This document shows, piece after piece, positions 39,651 to 48,988 of a stretch of 64,000 bases of DNA. Under the pieces are notes generated by a model that did not search any database, was not told where the DNA came from, and was given only the letters and a program-made list of their open reading frames with translations. Numbering within the stretch: position 1 is the stretch's first letter; every line of letters begins with the position of its first letter. The DNA lies in NCBI GenBank assembly GCA_965203055.1, contig OZ241863.1, positions 2,016,001-2,080,000 on the forward strand. The letters are read 5' to 3'. The stretch comes from Spirochaetia bacterium. GTDB lineage: Bacteria > Spirochaetota > Spirochaetia > SZUA-6 > Bin103. Both the position numbers and the translations under genes were made by a program.

Positions 39651-40265
39651 ATGGCGGGAAAACCACGCGGACGCCGTGAGATTAGACAGAGGAAGAAAAC
39701 CGCACGGGAGATATACAAGCGAGTGCTCATCGTCTGTGAGGGCAAGAAAACAGAGCCTAACTATTTCCGGGATTTGGTAGATCGGCGTCGGCTGATCACC
39801 GCCGAAGTTGTGATCGATGGATTCGGATATGATCCCAGTAAGCTGGTCGCAACCGCGAAGTGTTTGAAGAAGAAAGAGATACAACGAGGAGATTCATATG
39901 ATGAAGTCTATTGCGTCTTCGACCGTGACCAACATGCACACTTCCAAAAGGCGTCTCGAGATGCCCAGAGCGCCAAGTTGAAGCTGGCCCGCTCCTGGCC
40001 GTGCTTCGAATACTGGCTGGTTTTGCATTTCGTCTATCATCGCGAGCCTTACTACCAATCGCGGTATTGCGTAAGGCACCTCAAGAAGTATCTGTACCGC
40101 TACACGAAGCGCATGGCCGGCGTGTACAAGAACCTGGAAGACCGACTGGAAACGGCGAAGTCGAATGCGAAGTGTGCCCTATCACACGCGGAGACAACAG
40201 GAGTACACGACCCGTCGACAGAAGTGCATCTCCTCGTCGCGTACCTGCAAGACCTCAAACCCTGA
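39651..40265 (+). CDS. rloB: RloB family protein
   Basis: LIVCEGKKTEPNYF, VYCVFDRD, SWPCFEYWLVLHF, DPSTEVHLLV. Confidence 0.92.
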   Translation: MAGKPRGRREIRQRKKTAREIYKRVLIVCEGKKTEPNYFRDLVDRRRLITAEVVIDGFGYDPSKLVATAKCLKKKEIQRGDSYDEVYCVFDRDQHAHFQKASRDAQSAKLKLARSWPCFEYWLVLHFVYHREPYYQSRYCVRHLKKYLYRYTKRMAGVYKNLEDRLETAKSNAKCALSHAETTGVHDPSTEVHLLVAYLQDLKP

Positions 40266-40274
40266 GCGGGCGCG

Positions 40275-41843
40275 TCAGCGGCCGGCCCGCTCTGTGGCGG
40301 CGCGTTGCCGGAGGGCGCGTTGCGCCGCCTGTTCCTCGACCAAGCCGCGGCGCAGGCGGCGGTACCGCTCCAGGTGCGGTTGATACTCGGCGTGCGCGGC
40401 CGGGTCGGGCAGCACCGCGGCGCCGCGCGTGCAGCACACCGCCACCGCCTGGTCCAGGCTGCCCCACCAGCCGGCCGCTATTCCCGCCAGCAGGGCCACT
40501 CCCAGCGCGCCCGGCTCGGCGTTGGCCGCCACCGCAAAGGCGCGGCCGGTCACGTCGGCAACAATCCGGCGCCATGCCGCGTCGTGCGCCCCGCCCCCCA
40601 ACAGGGTTATCGGCTCCGCAAACGCCGGCAGCAGATCAAGGCAATCCGCCACCGCGAACGCCAGCCCCTCATAGATACTGCGCAGTATCTCCCAGCGCGT
40701 GTGCTCCAGCCCCAATCCCGACAGCCGGCCGCGCGCGCGCGGCTCGTACACCGGCGCCAACACTCCGGTGCCGTTCAGGTAGGGGTGGAACGTCACGCCG
40801 CGGGCGCCGCGCGGCACCTCGGCGACCGCCGCCTGCAGCGCCGCTGCGTCCATCCCCGCGGCGCCGAACTCACGCCGGAACCAGTCCAGGGCGAGAGTCC
40901 CGGTCTGGTTCGGCATGGTGCGCGTCCAGCCGCCGGGGGGAATCAGAAAGCTCAACCCCACCCCGGCCGGCTCCCACACCGGCCGCTCGGTCACCACGCT
41001 GTTGAGGCACGACGAGCCGAGGATGGTGCCGGCCTGCCGCGCCCGCACCACGCCGCCGCCCACCAGCGCCGCTGATACGTCGGCCAACCCGGTGACCACG
41101 GGCGTGCCGGCCGGCATGCCGGTAGCCGCGGCCGCCGCCGCAGTCACGCGACCGGCCACGTCGCCGGACGGCAGCACCGGCGGCAGCAGGCCGCTCAACC
41201 CGCCAAGCCCCCAGGCCGCCATCAAAGGCAGCGAGAAGCCGCGCTGCAAGGCGTCGCCGGGCGCGTGGCTGGCGTCGCTGGCGTCGGTGGCCAGCTCGCC
41301 GGTAAGCCGGAAGCGGAGCCAATCCTTGGCGAACAGCAGGGTACGCGCCCGGGCCAGGACCTCCGGTTCATGGTCGCGCAGCCAGCGCAGCACCACCAGC
41401 GCGAAGCCCGGCGTAAGCGCGTTGCAGGAAATGGTGAAGCTGCGTTCGAGCAGGCCGGCCGCCCGCAGTTCGTCCAGCACCGCCACCGCCCGGGCGTCGT
41501 GCCACGCAACGGCGTTCCGTACCGGGCGCCCGTTCCGATCGACCAGCCACGCCCCGCCCATGAACGCGCTGATGCCCATGGCCTGGACCTGATGGCCGCC
41601 GCCAAGCCGTCCGGCGAGCGCGCGCAGGGTGGCCGCCGCCTGCCGCCACAGCCCCTCCATCGCCAGTTCCGCCCAACCCGGCCGGGGGGACTCGCAGATA
41701 GTCGCCGCCTGCGCCCGCGCCACTACCCGGCCGCGCTGATCGAACGCCGCGGCCTTGATCAGCGTGGTGCCGACGTCCACCCCGACCACCACCTCTGCCC
41801 GGCTGCGGGGCGCGCCCGGCCTGCTGGCAGGAGTCGGCGGCAT
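40275..41843 (-). CDS. FGGY family carbohydrate kinase
   Basis: GVDVGTTLIKA, WHDAR, KDWLRFRLTG, ILRSIYEG, GGGA, GALGVA. Confidence 0.92.
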   Translation of the reverse strand: MPPTPASRPGAPRSRAEVVVGVDVGTTLIKAAAFDQRGRVVARAQAATICESPRPGWAELAMEGLWRQAAATLRALAGRLGGGHQVQAMGISAFMGGAWLVDRNGRPVRNAVAWHDARAVAVLDELRAAGLLERSFTISCNALTPGFALVVLRWLRDHEPEVLARARTLLFAKDWLRFRLTGELATDASDASHAPGDALQRGFSLPLMAAWGLGGLSGLLPPVLPSGDVAGRVTAAAAAATGMPAGTPVVTGLADVSAALVGGGVVRARQAGTILGSSCLNSVVTERPVWEPAGVGLSFLIPPGGWTRTMPNQTGTLALDWFRREFGAAGMDAAALQAAVAEVPRGARGVTFHPYLNGTGVLAPVYEPRARGRLSGLGLEHTRWEILRSIYEGLAFAVADCLDLLPAFAEPITLLGGGAHDAAWRRIVADVTGRAFAVAANAEPGALGVALLAGIAAGWWGSLDQAVAVCCTRGAAVLPDPAAHAEYQPHLERYRRLRRGLVEEQAAQRALRQRAATERAGR

Positions 41844-41952
41844 CACGCAACCTCCCCGCTCACGAACGCCCGGCCAGGCGGCGGAACCGCCGGCCGCGGC
41901 ACCCCGTGCCGGCGGCGGCAAGCACGGCGAGCGCGGGCAGCATCGACCGGGA

Positions 41953-42498
41953 TCAGCTTTTCATGAGGCGCTTGACGTACTCGCGGACGTCGCCCTCTAC
42001 CACACCCAGATCGTTGCGCATTTCCTGCAGAACGGAGCGAAAGGATCCGCGGTCGTCCTCGCTGGTGATGCTGCCGCTCTGTTCCACCGACTCCACGAAC
42101 TCAGCGAGTGAGCGCACCAACTCCCGGTTGCCGACGAGGGCGGTCATCCGCGCGTAGTTGCGCATCTCCTCGATCTCATGCTCGTCGATCACGCCGTCAT
42201 CGTCGGCCCGCGTGACACACGCCAGGGTATCCTTGTACAGCTCGAGCTTCTGCCGAAACAACTCGACGCGGTACTCCCGCTCGGTCTCGGAACGAACCTG
42301 AAAGTGAATCGTCACGCCCACCGAAGCGACCACGAGCACGACGGCGATGATCGCGGCGAGCAGCTCGACCGTCAGATCATTGACGTCACTGGAAAACAGA
42401 ACATGAACCAGAATGGACGCGGTAATGACCAACGCTACCGCAAGAACCACGACGGTGAACGTTGCGGTCTGATCTCTGCCTAACGATCCCAAAGACAC
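41953..42498 (-). CDS. Hypothetical two-TM membrane protein
   Basis: 181 aa, AGGAGG upstream, two hydrophobic helices then a soluble helical domain. Confidence 0.7.
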   Translation of the reverse strand: MSLGSLGRDQTATFTVVVLAVALVITASILVHVLFSSDVNDLTVELLAAIIAVVLVVASVGVTIHFQVRSETEREYRVELFRQKLELYKDTLACVTRADDDGVIDEHEIEEMRNYARMTALVGNRELVRSLAEFVESVEQSGSITSEDDRGSFRSVLQEMRNDLGVVEGDVREYVKRLMKS

Positions 42499-42745
42499 TC
42501 TTGACGAAGCCTCCTGACTCAGCGGCTACCGGCTTCCAACCCCGGGGCGTCGAATACCGCGGCCACGTCGGCCGCGAAGCCGGCAAGCAGCGGCGATGCC
42601 GGCGCGGCGCCGCGCCGGCAATGGTTCCGAGGCCGCCGGCAATTGGTCAAGGTTCCGGCGCCGGTGCGCGCCGCCAGTAGCCGCTGGCGCCGGCAACCAG
42701 GACCGCCGCGCGCCGGCTTACCCAAGGCGCCGCGCTGCCGCGTCA

Positions 42746-43735
42746 TCATCGCTCGAAGCCGCACTTGGCGGCGATCGCCTTCGCAAGCCGCTCGAAGTCC
42801 TCGTAGCAATCCTGCACCGCGTAGATGTGGCCGCCCAGGGCGCCGTCGGCCGCCCGCAGGTGGAACATCGGCTTGCGCGCCTCCCGAGCCATCGGCATCA
42901 GGCTGGGGTAATGCTTCAGCGTAGCCAGGCAGTGCGGGTCGTCGTCGATCGAGGAGACGCCCGGTCCGGTCCCATCGAGCGCTTCCTTGCGATACACGGC
43001 GGGAATGCGCCGGCTCCACCGCTGATACGCCAGCACGGGCCGGCCGGCCCTGACCGCGTTCCGGATCACGACGTACCCGGCCGGCGTGATCTCCGCCGAG
43101 GGCAGCGGCAGGCCCGGATCGCCGGGCGTCCGGTCGAGCCGATCCTGCCACTCCGTACGCCAGGCGCGCAGGGTGGGACCGAGGTTGCGGAGCCCCTGCA
43201 ACGAGAACAGGTCCGGGGCGAGCGGCACGACGACGAAGTCGGCGGCGATGATCGCCGCCCGGTTGATTGCCCCCAGATTGGGGCCGACGTCGACCAGCAC
43301 CACGTCCGCATCCTGCTTCCTGGCAGCCTGGAGAATCGTTCGGTAGAGCGCTGACTCGGCCCGAAAGGCGGATTCGTCGCCGTCCAGGCAGGCCGGCCAC
43401 GCCGCGGAGAGCTTCGCCTCGAAACGGGACAGACCCAGGTCGCCGACCACCAGGCCGCAGTTCGACGCGATTTCCTCCACGTGCGGTTCGCGGATGTCAC
43501 CAAGGCCCCTCAGAATCGGAGAGATCGCCCCGAGAATGGTCTGATGATGATCGCCGTCGGGCCACAGTTCTTCGAGCCGCTCCTCTTCGAGGAACATGGC
43601 GCTCAGGTTCGCTTGCGGGTCCAGGTCCGCGGCGACCACCGAAACGCCCCGTTCGGCGTACATCGAGGCGAGGTGGTAGACCAGCGACGTCTTTCCGACG
43701 CCCCCCTTGTTATTGAAGAACGCGATCGTCTTCAC
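42746..43735 (-). CDS. ParA family ATPase (AAA_31)
   Basis: FNNKGGVGKT, DLDPQANLS, VDVGPNLGAINR, PDLFSLQGL; GTGA overlap with the upstream gene. Confidence 0.92.
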   Translation of the reverse strand: MKTIAFFNNKGGVGKTSLVYHLASMYAERGVSVVAADLDPQANLSAMFLEEERLEELWPDGDHHQTILGAISPILRGLGDIREPHVEEIASNCGLVVGDLGLSRFEAKLSAAWPACLDGDESAFRAESALYRTILQAARKQDADVVLVDVGPNLGAINRAAIIAADFVVVPLAPDLFSLQGLRNLGPTLRAWRTEWQDRLDRTPGDPGLPLPSAEITPAGYVVIRNAVRAGRPVLAYQRWSRRIPAVYRKEALDGTGPGVSSIDDDPHCLATLKHYPSLMPMAREARKPMFHLRAADGALGGHIYAVQDCYEDFERLAKAIAAKCGFER

Positions 43736-44916
43736 GTCTTGCTCCGAATGGTCACCAGCACGTGCGACGGCTCGAACCTGAACTCCGCCGTCGGGTTGCC
43801 GTTGCGGCGCAGCGCCTCCTGCGCGCGGATCACGCCGCGGCCGAACGCGTTGACGTACCCTAACGTCGCCATCGCCTCCGCGATCACCGGATTGCGGTAG
43901 TCCGTCTGCGCCGGAAAGTTCTCCGGGGAGGCCATTCCATACAGCCCGCCGGGGCTCTGAATCTCGATCCGATCATCGAACCAATTGAAGCGCACCGGCG
44001 CGTTCGATTCGTACGAGCGGTGCATGATAGCGTTGAGCAACAATTCGCGGACCGCCACCGCCGGGTAGTCGACGTGGGTCCGCTCCCGCAACATCGATTC
44101 GGCGACCGGACGCGCTTGCGTCTGAAGCGAAACATACGCCCGAATCTCGCGCAGCACCGAGAGCAAATCGCCGCTGAACCTTGCTTCGTCGAGCACCTCG
44201 TCCGCCATCGTCGTTCCCGCCCAGCGCACGAACTGGAGCCACGCTCCCGGAATCCACCGTAGAGGCTGCCTGGCGAACAGCAGGACGCCGGCGTGCGTAG
44301 GGCAGTCCGCCGCCAAGTCGTAGCAGCGAAGCGACGCCATCTGTTCCCTGAGATCGCGTTCGTTCTCCTCGATCACGTCTCGGCTGACCGCGGCGGGCAG
44401 GTAGCCCACCAGGAACAGGTCCGGGACCAGATCATCTAACGTGCAGCCGCGGCAGGGCCGCGCATCGAAGGTCCTCTGCAGAGCGGTCCGCCGCTCGGCC
44501 AGCAGCCGCTCCTCTTGCTGGTTCGCGCCGCGCCGGGACGGACCGACCCGAATCCACACCCGGCCCTTGTAGCGGACGGGCGGAAGGTCGGACGGCATGA
44601 CTTCCACGACCGCCACCTCACCCCCGGGCAGCACCTGCTTCTGCACCGTCAACGCGGGAGGCGGTTCCAGGTTGACGTTCGCGCGCAGATCCGCGAGTCT
44701 CCGCAACAGCCGGTCGCCAACGGTCAGGCCGCTTGCCTTGCCGGCGTCGTCGACCCCCACCAGGAGATAGCCGGGCTCCCGGTGATTCGGGAAGTCGTTG
44801 GCGAAGGCGCAGATCGCCTCACCGAACTTGTCCGTATCGTTCACGGCGACGGTCATCTCGACGCGGTCGGATTCGTGATCCGCCATCAGCGCGCGCAACT
44901 GGCCGGTGGTCAGCAT
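43732..44916 (-). CDS. Schlafen/AlbA_2 domain + HATPase_c_4 (RecG C-terminal-like) protein
   Basis: ESDRVE...ICAFAN...LLVGVDD N-terminal domain; RELLLNAIMHRSY, DDRIEIQSPGG, YRNPVIA, FGRGV. Confidence 0.88.
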   Translation of the reverse strand: MLTTGQLRALMADHESDRVEMTVAVNDTDKFGEAICAFANDFPNHREPGYLLVGVDDAGKASGLTVGDRLLRRLADLRANVNLEPPPALTVQKQVLPGGEVAVVEVMPSDLPPVRYKGRVWIRVGPSRRGANQQEERLLAERRTALQRTFDARPCRGCTLDDLVPDLFLVGYLPAAVSRDVIEENERDLREQMASLRCYDLAADCPTHAGVLLFARQPLRWIPGAWLQFVRWAGTTMADEVLDEARFSGDLLSVLREIRAYVSLQTQARPVAESMLRERTHVDYPAVAVRELLLNAIMHRSYESNAPVRFNWFDDRIEIQSPGGLYGMASPENFPAQTDYRNPVIAEAMATLGYVNAFGRGVIRAQEALRRNGNPTAEFRFEPSHVLVTIRSKT

Positions 44917-45112
44917 CGGGTCCGATTATGGCGGGCGACCGCTCGCCCAACAACTCCAGGCCCAGGCGCCGCCCCACGGCTTCGATCATGCCTCGCTAGG
45001 GCCGCCGCCCTCAGGTGGCGCTCGCGCGGATTGGGTTGGCTGGCTGGGCTGCTGCCTGCTGTTCGGCGGTTGACGCCGGCCGCTCCGTCTGCTACTACGC
45101 TGCCAGCCGCAC

Positions 45113-45538
45113 ATGAGCCGCCTGCAGAAGAGCAACGGTGACGACTTCCCCGAGGCCGCCGAGAAGCACCTCGAGGACGCAGTGGTTCTTATCGCCGGTG
45201 CTCGCTATGACGGCACTGCTTACCTGGTCGGATACGTGGTAGAGTGCACCTTGAAGACTCTCATTCAAATGCAAACAGGGCGGTTCCATCATTCGCACGA
45301 CCTTCAGGGCCTCGATAGCACGCTAGGGACTATCGCCGCTCAAGCGGATCGCAGGACGAAGCAGATGTACGCATCCGCCAGGAAGATTCTGAAGGGCGCT
45401 GATATACTTGCATGGAAACCGGGAATGCGTTACCAAGCTGCCTACGTCACTGGTTCCACCGCCGGAAAGTGGCTTCGAGAGGCTACGGCGATCTACTCCC
45501 GAATCATTGGCGAGCTGAAAAAGGACGGAAAGATCTGA
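45113..45538 (+). CDS. HEPN-like domain protein
   Basis: 141 aa. KHLEDA..L...RYDGTAYLVGYVVECTLK...HSHDL...W...MRY pattern of HEPN-fold proteins. Confidence 0.75.
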   Translation: MSRLQKSNGDDFPEAAEKHLEDAVVLIAGARYDGTAYLVGYVVECTLKTLIQMQTGRFHHSHDLQGLDSTLGTIAAQADRRTKQMYASARKILKGADILAWKPGMRYQAAYVTGSTAGKWLREATAIYSRIIGELKKDGKI

Positions 45539-46839
45539 TGATCCATGCCGACCAGGCTCACCGCCAGGCACGGGATTCTCTGACCGAATTTCTCCGGGAC
45601 AAGACGAGTACATGGCGCATCCTGTTGATCTTCGATTTGTTCTACCAACTCCGAATCATCCTGTGGTGCCCGAAGCAGAACTGGGAATCGTCCCGAACGG
45701 AGATCGACGAGACACTTAAGCAAGCATCCTCGGCCTATTGGTCCGGCGCGGTGCTCAAGGGCTGCGGACCGAAGGAATATCCCGACGGGCCGTGGCAGAA
45801 CGATGCATGGCAACAGGCCGCTGCCGTTCCGGAGACGAACAAACTGCGGATCGTGGAACGGCAGCGCACCAAGGAGGGCTGGTTCGAGGCCCCCGCCGAA
45901 CCTCCGTGGGCGGTTCTGAACGACAATCCGGCAATCGTCTCGTTCTATTCATTCAAGGGCGGCGTTGGCCGATCGACCGCGCTCGCGGCGGCGGCGCTGC
46001 ACCTGGCTGCCGCCGGCGAGCGCGTAGCGGTGGTCGACTTCGATCTCGATGCCCCGGGCGTCGGTTTTCTGTTGGCAGGACACGACGGCGCCACCGCGCA
46101 GTGGGGCGTCGCCGACTACCTGTTGGAGCAGCCGATCGTCGCCGAATACGGAGCCGGCTCCGGACCGGACCTCGCGGATTACTTCCACCGGTGTCCGACT
46201 TCGCTCTTCGCCGGGACGGGCGAGATCTCGGTGTTTCCAGCCGGGTCCGCCGATCGGCGCTACGTGGAAAAGCTGGCGCGACTGGACTACGGTGTTTCGC
46301 GCGGTCAGACGCATCCCTTCGTGCAACTCCTCCTGGAAATCCGCCAGCATCTCCATCCGCACTGGATACTCATCGACGCCCGCGCCGGACTCGGCAACGC
46401 ATCCGGCTTCGTGATGGGGGGCCTGTGCCACCTCCACGTGCTGGCAGCGACCTTGGCGGACGCGAGCTGGCGCGGTCTGGAGATGATTCTGGACCGGCTC
46501 GGAGCAGACCGGGTGCAGGCAGGGCAACCTCAAGCCGAATGCGTAATGGCGGCGGCGATGGTGCCTCGATCCCAGGAACGTCAATATCAGGAGTTGGTCG
46601 CGGCGTTCACCGACCGCGCCCGCGACGTGTTCAGCAACCACTACTACGCCGAGCGGGAACAGGAGGACAAGTTCTGGTCGTTGGATGACGTGGAGAGCAT
46701 CGACGCCCCCCACGTTCCGGTCGTCCTGCCATACGACGAGCGCCTCGCGCTGTTTCGCGAATTGAGCGAAGTGAGCAACGTTCTGCTCGATGGCGAGCCC
46801 TACAGGCAGCTCGCGGAACGGGTGCGATCGCGACGATGA
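45538..46839 (+). CDS. ParA/MinD-like ATPase, KGGVGR variant, with N-terminal extension
   Basis: TGATG overlap with the HEPN stop; SFYSFKGGVGRST, VDFDLDAPG, ILIDARAG. Confidence 0.85.
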   Translation: MIHADQAHRQARDSLTEFLRDKTSTWRILLIFDLFYQLRIILWCPKQNWESSRTEIDETLKQASSAYWSGAVLKGCGPKEYPDGPWQNDAWQQAAAVPETNKLRIVERQRTKEGWFEAPAEPPWAVLNDNPAIVSFYSFKGGVGRSTALAAAALHLAAAGERVAVVDFDLDAPGVGFLLAGHDGATAQWGVADYLLEQPIVAEYGAGSGPDLADYFHRCPTSLFAGTGEISVFPAGSADRRYVEKLARLDYGVSRGQTHPFVQLLLEIRQHLHPHWILIDARAGLGNASGFVMGGLCHLHVLAATLADASWRGLEMILDRLGADRVQAGQPQAECVMAAAMVPRSQERQYQELVAAFTDRARDVFSNHYYAEREQEDKFWSLDDVESIDAPHVPVVLPYDERLALFRELSEVSNVLLDGEPYRQLAERVRSRR

Positions 46840-48416
46840 GCCGGAGACTCACCAAGCAGGCCTGCGCGGAGTTGCGTACCGAGCTCCGTGATCTTGGCCG
46901 CGGCCAAGCCGAAGCGGTAACTCCTGAGCCCGTTAGCCGCCGCCTGTATCCGGTACCGGAACATCTCAGGGCCCTCGACCCGAACGTAGTGCTGGTCGTC
47001 GGTCCGCGCGGCTCGGGAAAGAGCGAGCTGTTCAACACGTTCTTCAAGCACAGCGAACTCCGCGACACCATCTTGCGGTACGCCGCGACGCCCGTCCGGC
47101 TGATGATTCAGTCCTCGTCCGTAGCGTGGAAGCCGGCGTACCCGGCCGGAACGGAGTTTCCGGATAGTGCGGAATTGGAGCGGCGCATCGATTCGGACGC
47201 GCAAGCGAAGACGCTCTGGCACGTCATGCTGACACGAAGCCTCAACAACGAGTTCTCCACTTCGGTGAAGAAGCAGCTCAGACCTTTGACGGTGCCGACG
47301 GCGGCAGCCCTTGGCCCGATTTTAAACGCGATGCAGGATCTGCAGGTGAATCCCACGGCTGCGCTGGACTTGCTGGAAAAACGCTTGCATCGGGAGGACG
47401 GCTGGATCTTCGTCGGATACGACGAGCTGGACACACTGGGCGGTTCCAATTGGGACCTGATGGCCAGGCTGGTTCGCGGACTCGTTGCCTTCTGGTCCGA
47501 ATACGGCCGGCGGTGGCAGCGAATCCGGGCCAAGATCTTCCTGCGGTCCGACCTGTTTCGCCGTCACTCCGGCATGGGCACCGCTGACTTCGCCAAGCTG
47601 GCAGCCAACCGGTCCGAGTTGGCCTGGTCCGACGCCAACCTGCTCGGCATGCTAGTGAAGCGCATCGCCAACACCTCCGCGCCTCTGGCCGATTACTGCC
47701 GCGGAGCCAGAATCGCATTCGCTCAGGACCCGGCGCTTGGACTGCTGCCGAAGATCGGGCGGCCCGAGCACGCATATCCGCTGCTGGAGCGCATAGCCGG
47801 AGAGTACATGGGAGCCGGCCGAAAGAAGGGCTACGTGCGCAACTGGGTTCTCGATCATCTGCGCGACGGGAACGCGCAGGTCTCGCCCCGGACGCTGGTA
47901 CGCCTGTTCGAGCAGGCAGCTACGAAAGACGCCTCACATCGAACGCTGCGCGCGCCGAAGCTGCTGCATCCGACTGCCTTGCGGCTGGCGCTCGATGACG
48001 TATCCCGCGATCACGTGACGCAAGCGATCAGCAGCGAGTGGCCATGGCTCGAAGGCGTGCGGGACCGTCTCCGCGGACAGCCGCTCGTCCCATGGTCCCG
48101 CGAGGAAATCGTGAGCTTGTTGGAACGCGAATGGGACGGCGCGTGGGGTTCAGGCGAAAACCCCGACTTCCGGCCGCCGGAGGAACGGCCCGAACGTCTC
48201 GTAGATTACTTGGTCGAGCTCGGCATCTTCCGCCGGCGTTCGGATGACCGGATCGACGTGCCAGACCTCTATCTGCTTGGCCTCGACCTCCGCCGAAAGG
48301 GCGGCGTGCGACGGCGTATCGCGCCGCGGCGCCGCCAACCCGGCGGCGTAAGGTCGTCCGCTCGTCAGTCCGGGCCGGGGCTGCCGCGGCCGTCGGTCAG
48401 TTCCGGGAACTCGTAG
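46836..48416 (+). CDS. P-loop ATPase (Sll1717-like)
   Basis: ATGA overlap; Walker A VGPRGSGKS, Walker B VGYDELD, KIFLRSDL, SPR, C-terminal wHTH-like LVELGIF...VPDLY...RKGG. Confidence 0.82.
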   Translation: MSRRLTKQACAELRTELRDLGRGQAEAVTPEPVSRRLYPVPEHLRALDPNVVLVVGPRGSGKSELFNTFFKHSELRDTILRYAATPVRLMIQSSSVAWKPAYPAGTEFPDSAELERRIDSDAQAKTLWHVMLTRSLNNEFSTSVKKQLRPLTVPTAAALGPILNAMQDLQVNPTAALDLLEKRLHREDGWIFVGYDELDTLGGSNWDLMARLVRGLVAFWSEYGRRWQRIRAKIFLRSDLFRRHSGMGTADFAKLAANRSELAWSDANLLGMLVKRIANTSAPLADYCRGARIAFAQDPALGLLPKIGRPEHAYPLLERIAGEYMGAGRKKGYVRNWVLDHLRDGNAQVSPRTLVRLFEQAATKDASHRTLRAPKLLHPTALRLALDDVSRDHVTQAISSEWPWLEGVRDRLRGQPLVPWSREEIVSLLEREWDGAWGSGENPDFRPPEERPERLVDYLVELGIFRRRSDDRIDVPDLYLLGLDLRRKGGVRRRIAPRRRQPGGVRSSARQSGPGLPRPSVSSGNS

Positions 48417-48826
48417 GTGACCCGCCCGTTGTCGGAGACCTCCATGCGCACCCGCACGCCGTCGCAGAGCTGATCCATGTACGCCTCGGCCTGCTCCAGC
48501 GACATACCGGTCTCCATCACCACCTGGGAAACCGTGACCCGCCCCCCGTTCTGGTACGCCAGCCGGAACACCCGGCTGTCGAACGAGCGCCGGCCGAACG
48601 GACTCGGCACGCCGAACGGCGCGCGCGGTTCGGCGGCCACGCTGTCGTCCGCCGGGTAGCGGTAGACCCCGCCGCGCCCGCGCAGATGAGGCCGATCGTC
48701 CTCCGGTTCGTCCTGGATGCGGCGAAACAGCGCCGTGCCTACGCGCAGGGCAGCGAACATCAGCAGGAAAGGCGCCAGCAGCGCAAGAAAGCCGAACGGT
48801 CCCCAGCCGAAGAACAACATGACCAT
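48365..48826 (-). CDS. Hypothetical membrane protein with C-terminal winged-helix-like domain
   Basis: N-terminal hydrophobic segment; VFRLAYQNGGRVTVSQVVMETGMSLEQAEAYM...YEFPEL. Confidence 0.7.
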   Translation of the reverse strand: MVMLFFGWGPFGFLALLAPFLLMFAALRVGTALFRRIQDEPEDDRPHLRGRGGVYRYPADDSVAAEPRAPFGVPSPFGRRSFDSRVFRLAYQNGGRVTVSQVVMETGMSLEQAEAYMDQLCDGVRVRMEVSDNGRVTYEFPELTDGRGSPGPD

Positions 48827-48988
48827 GACGAACGTACCACACGGCCGCCCCGCAATCAACCCGCCCGGCCGCCCGCCCGCCCGCCCCGCCCGGCGGGCAC
48901 GGCACGGCGGCGGCCGCGGACCGCCGACCGATCGGGCTCCAGGCCAATGGCGGCGGCGGGCGCCAATTCGCTGCGCCGCTTACCTCAG

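Noticed and set aside
48365..48416. 52-bp convergent overlap between the ATPase and the membrane protein
   Set aside because: A low-complexity C-terminal run-on is common in GC-rich genomes; no further signal.
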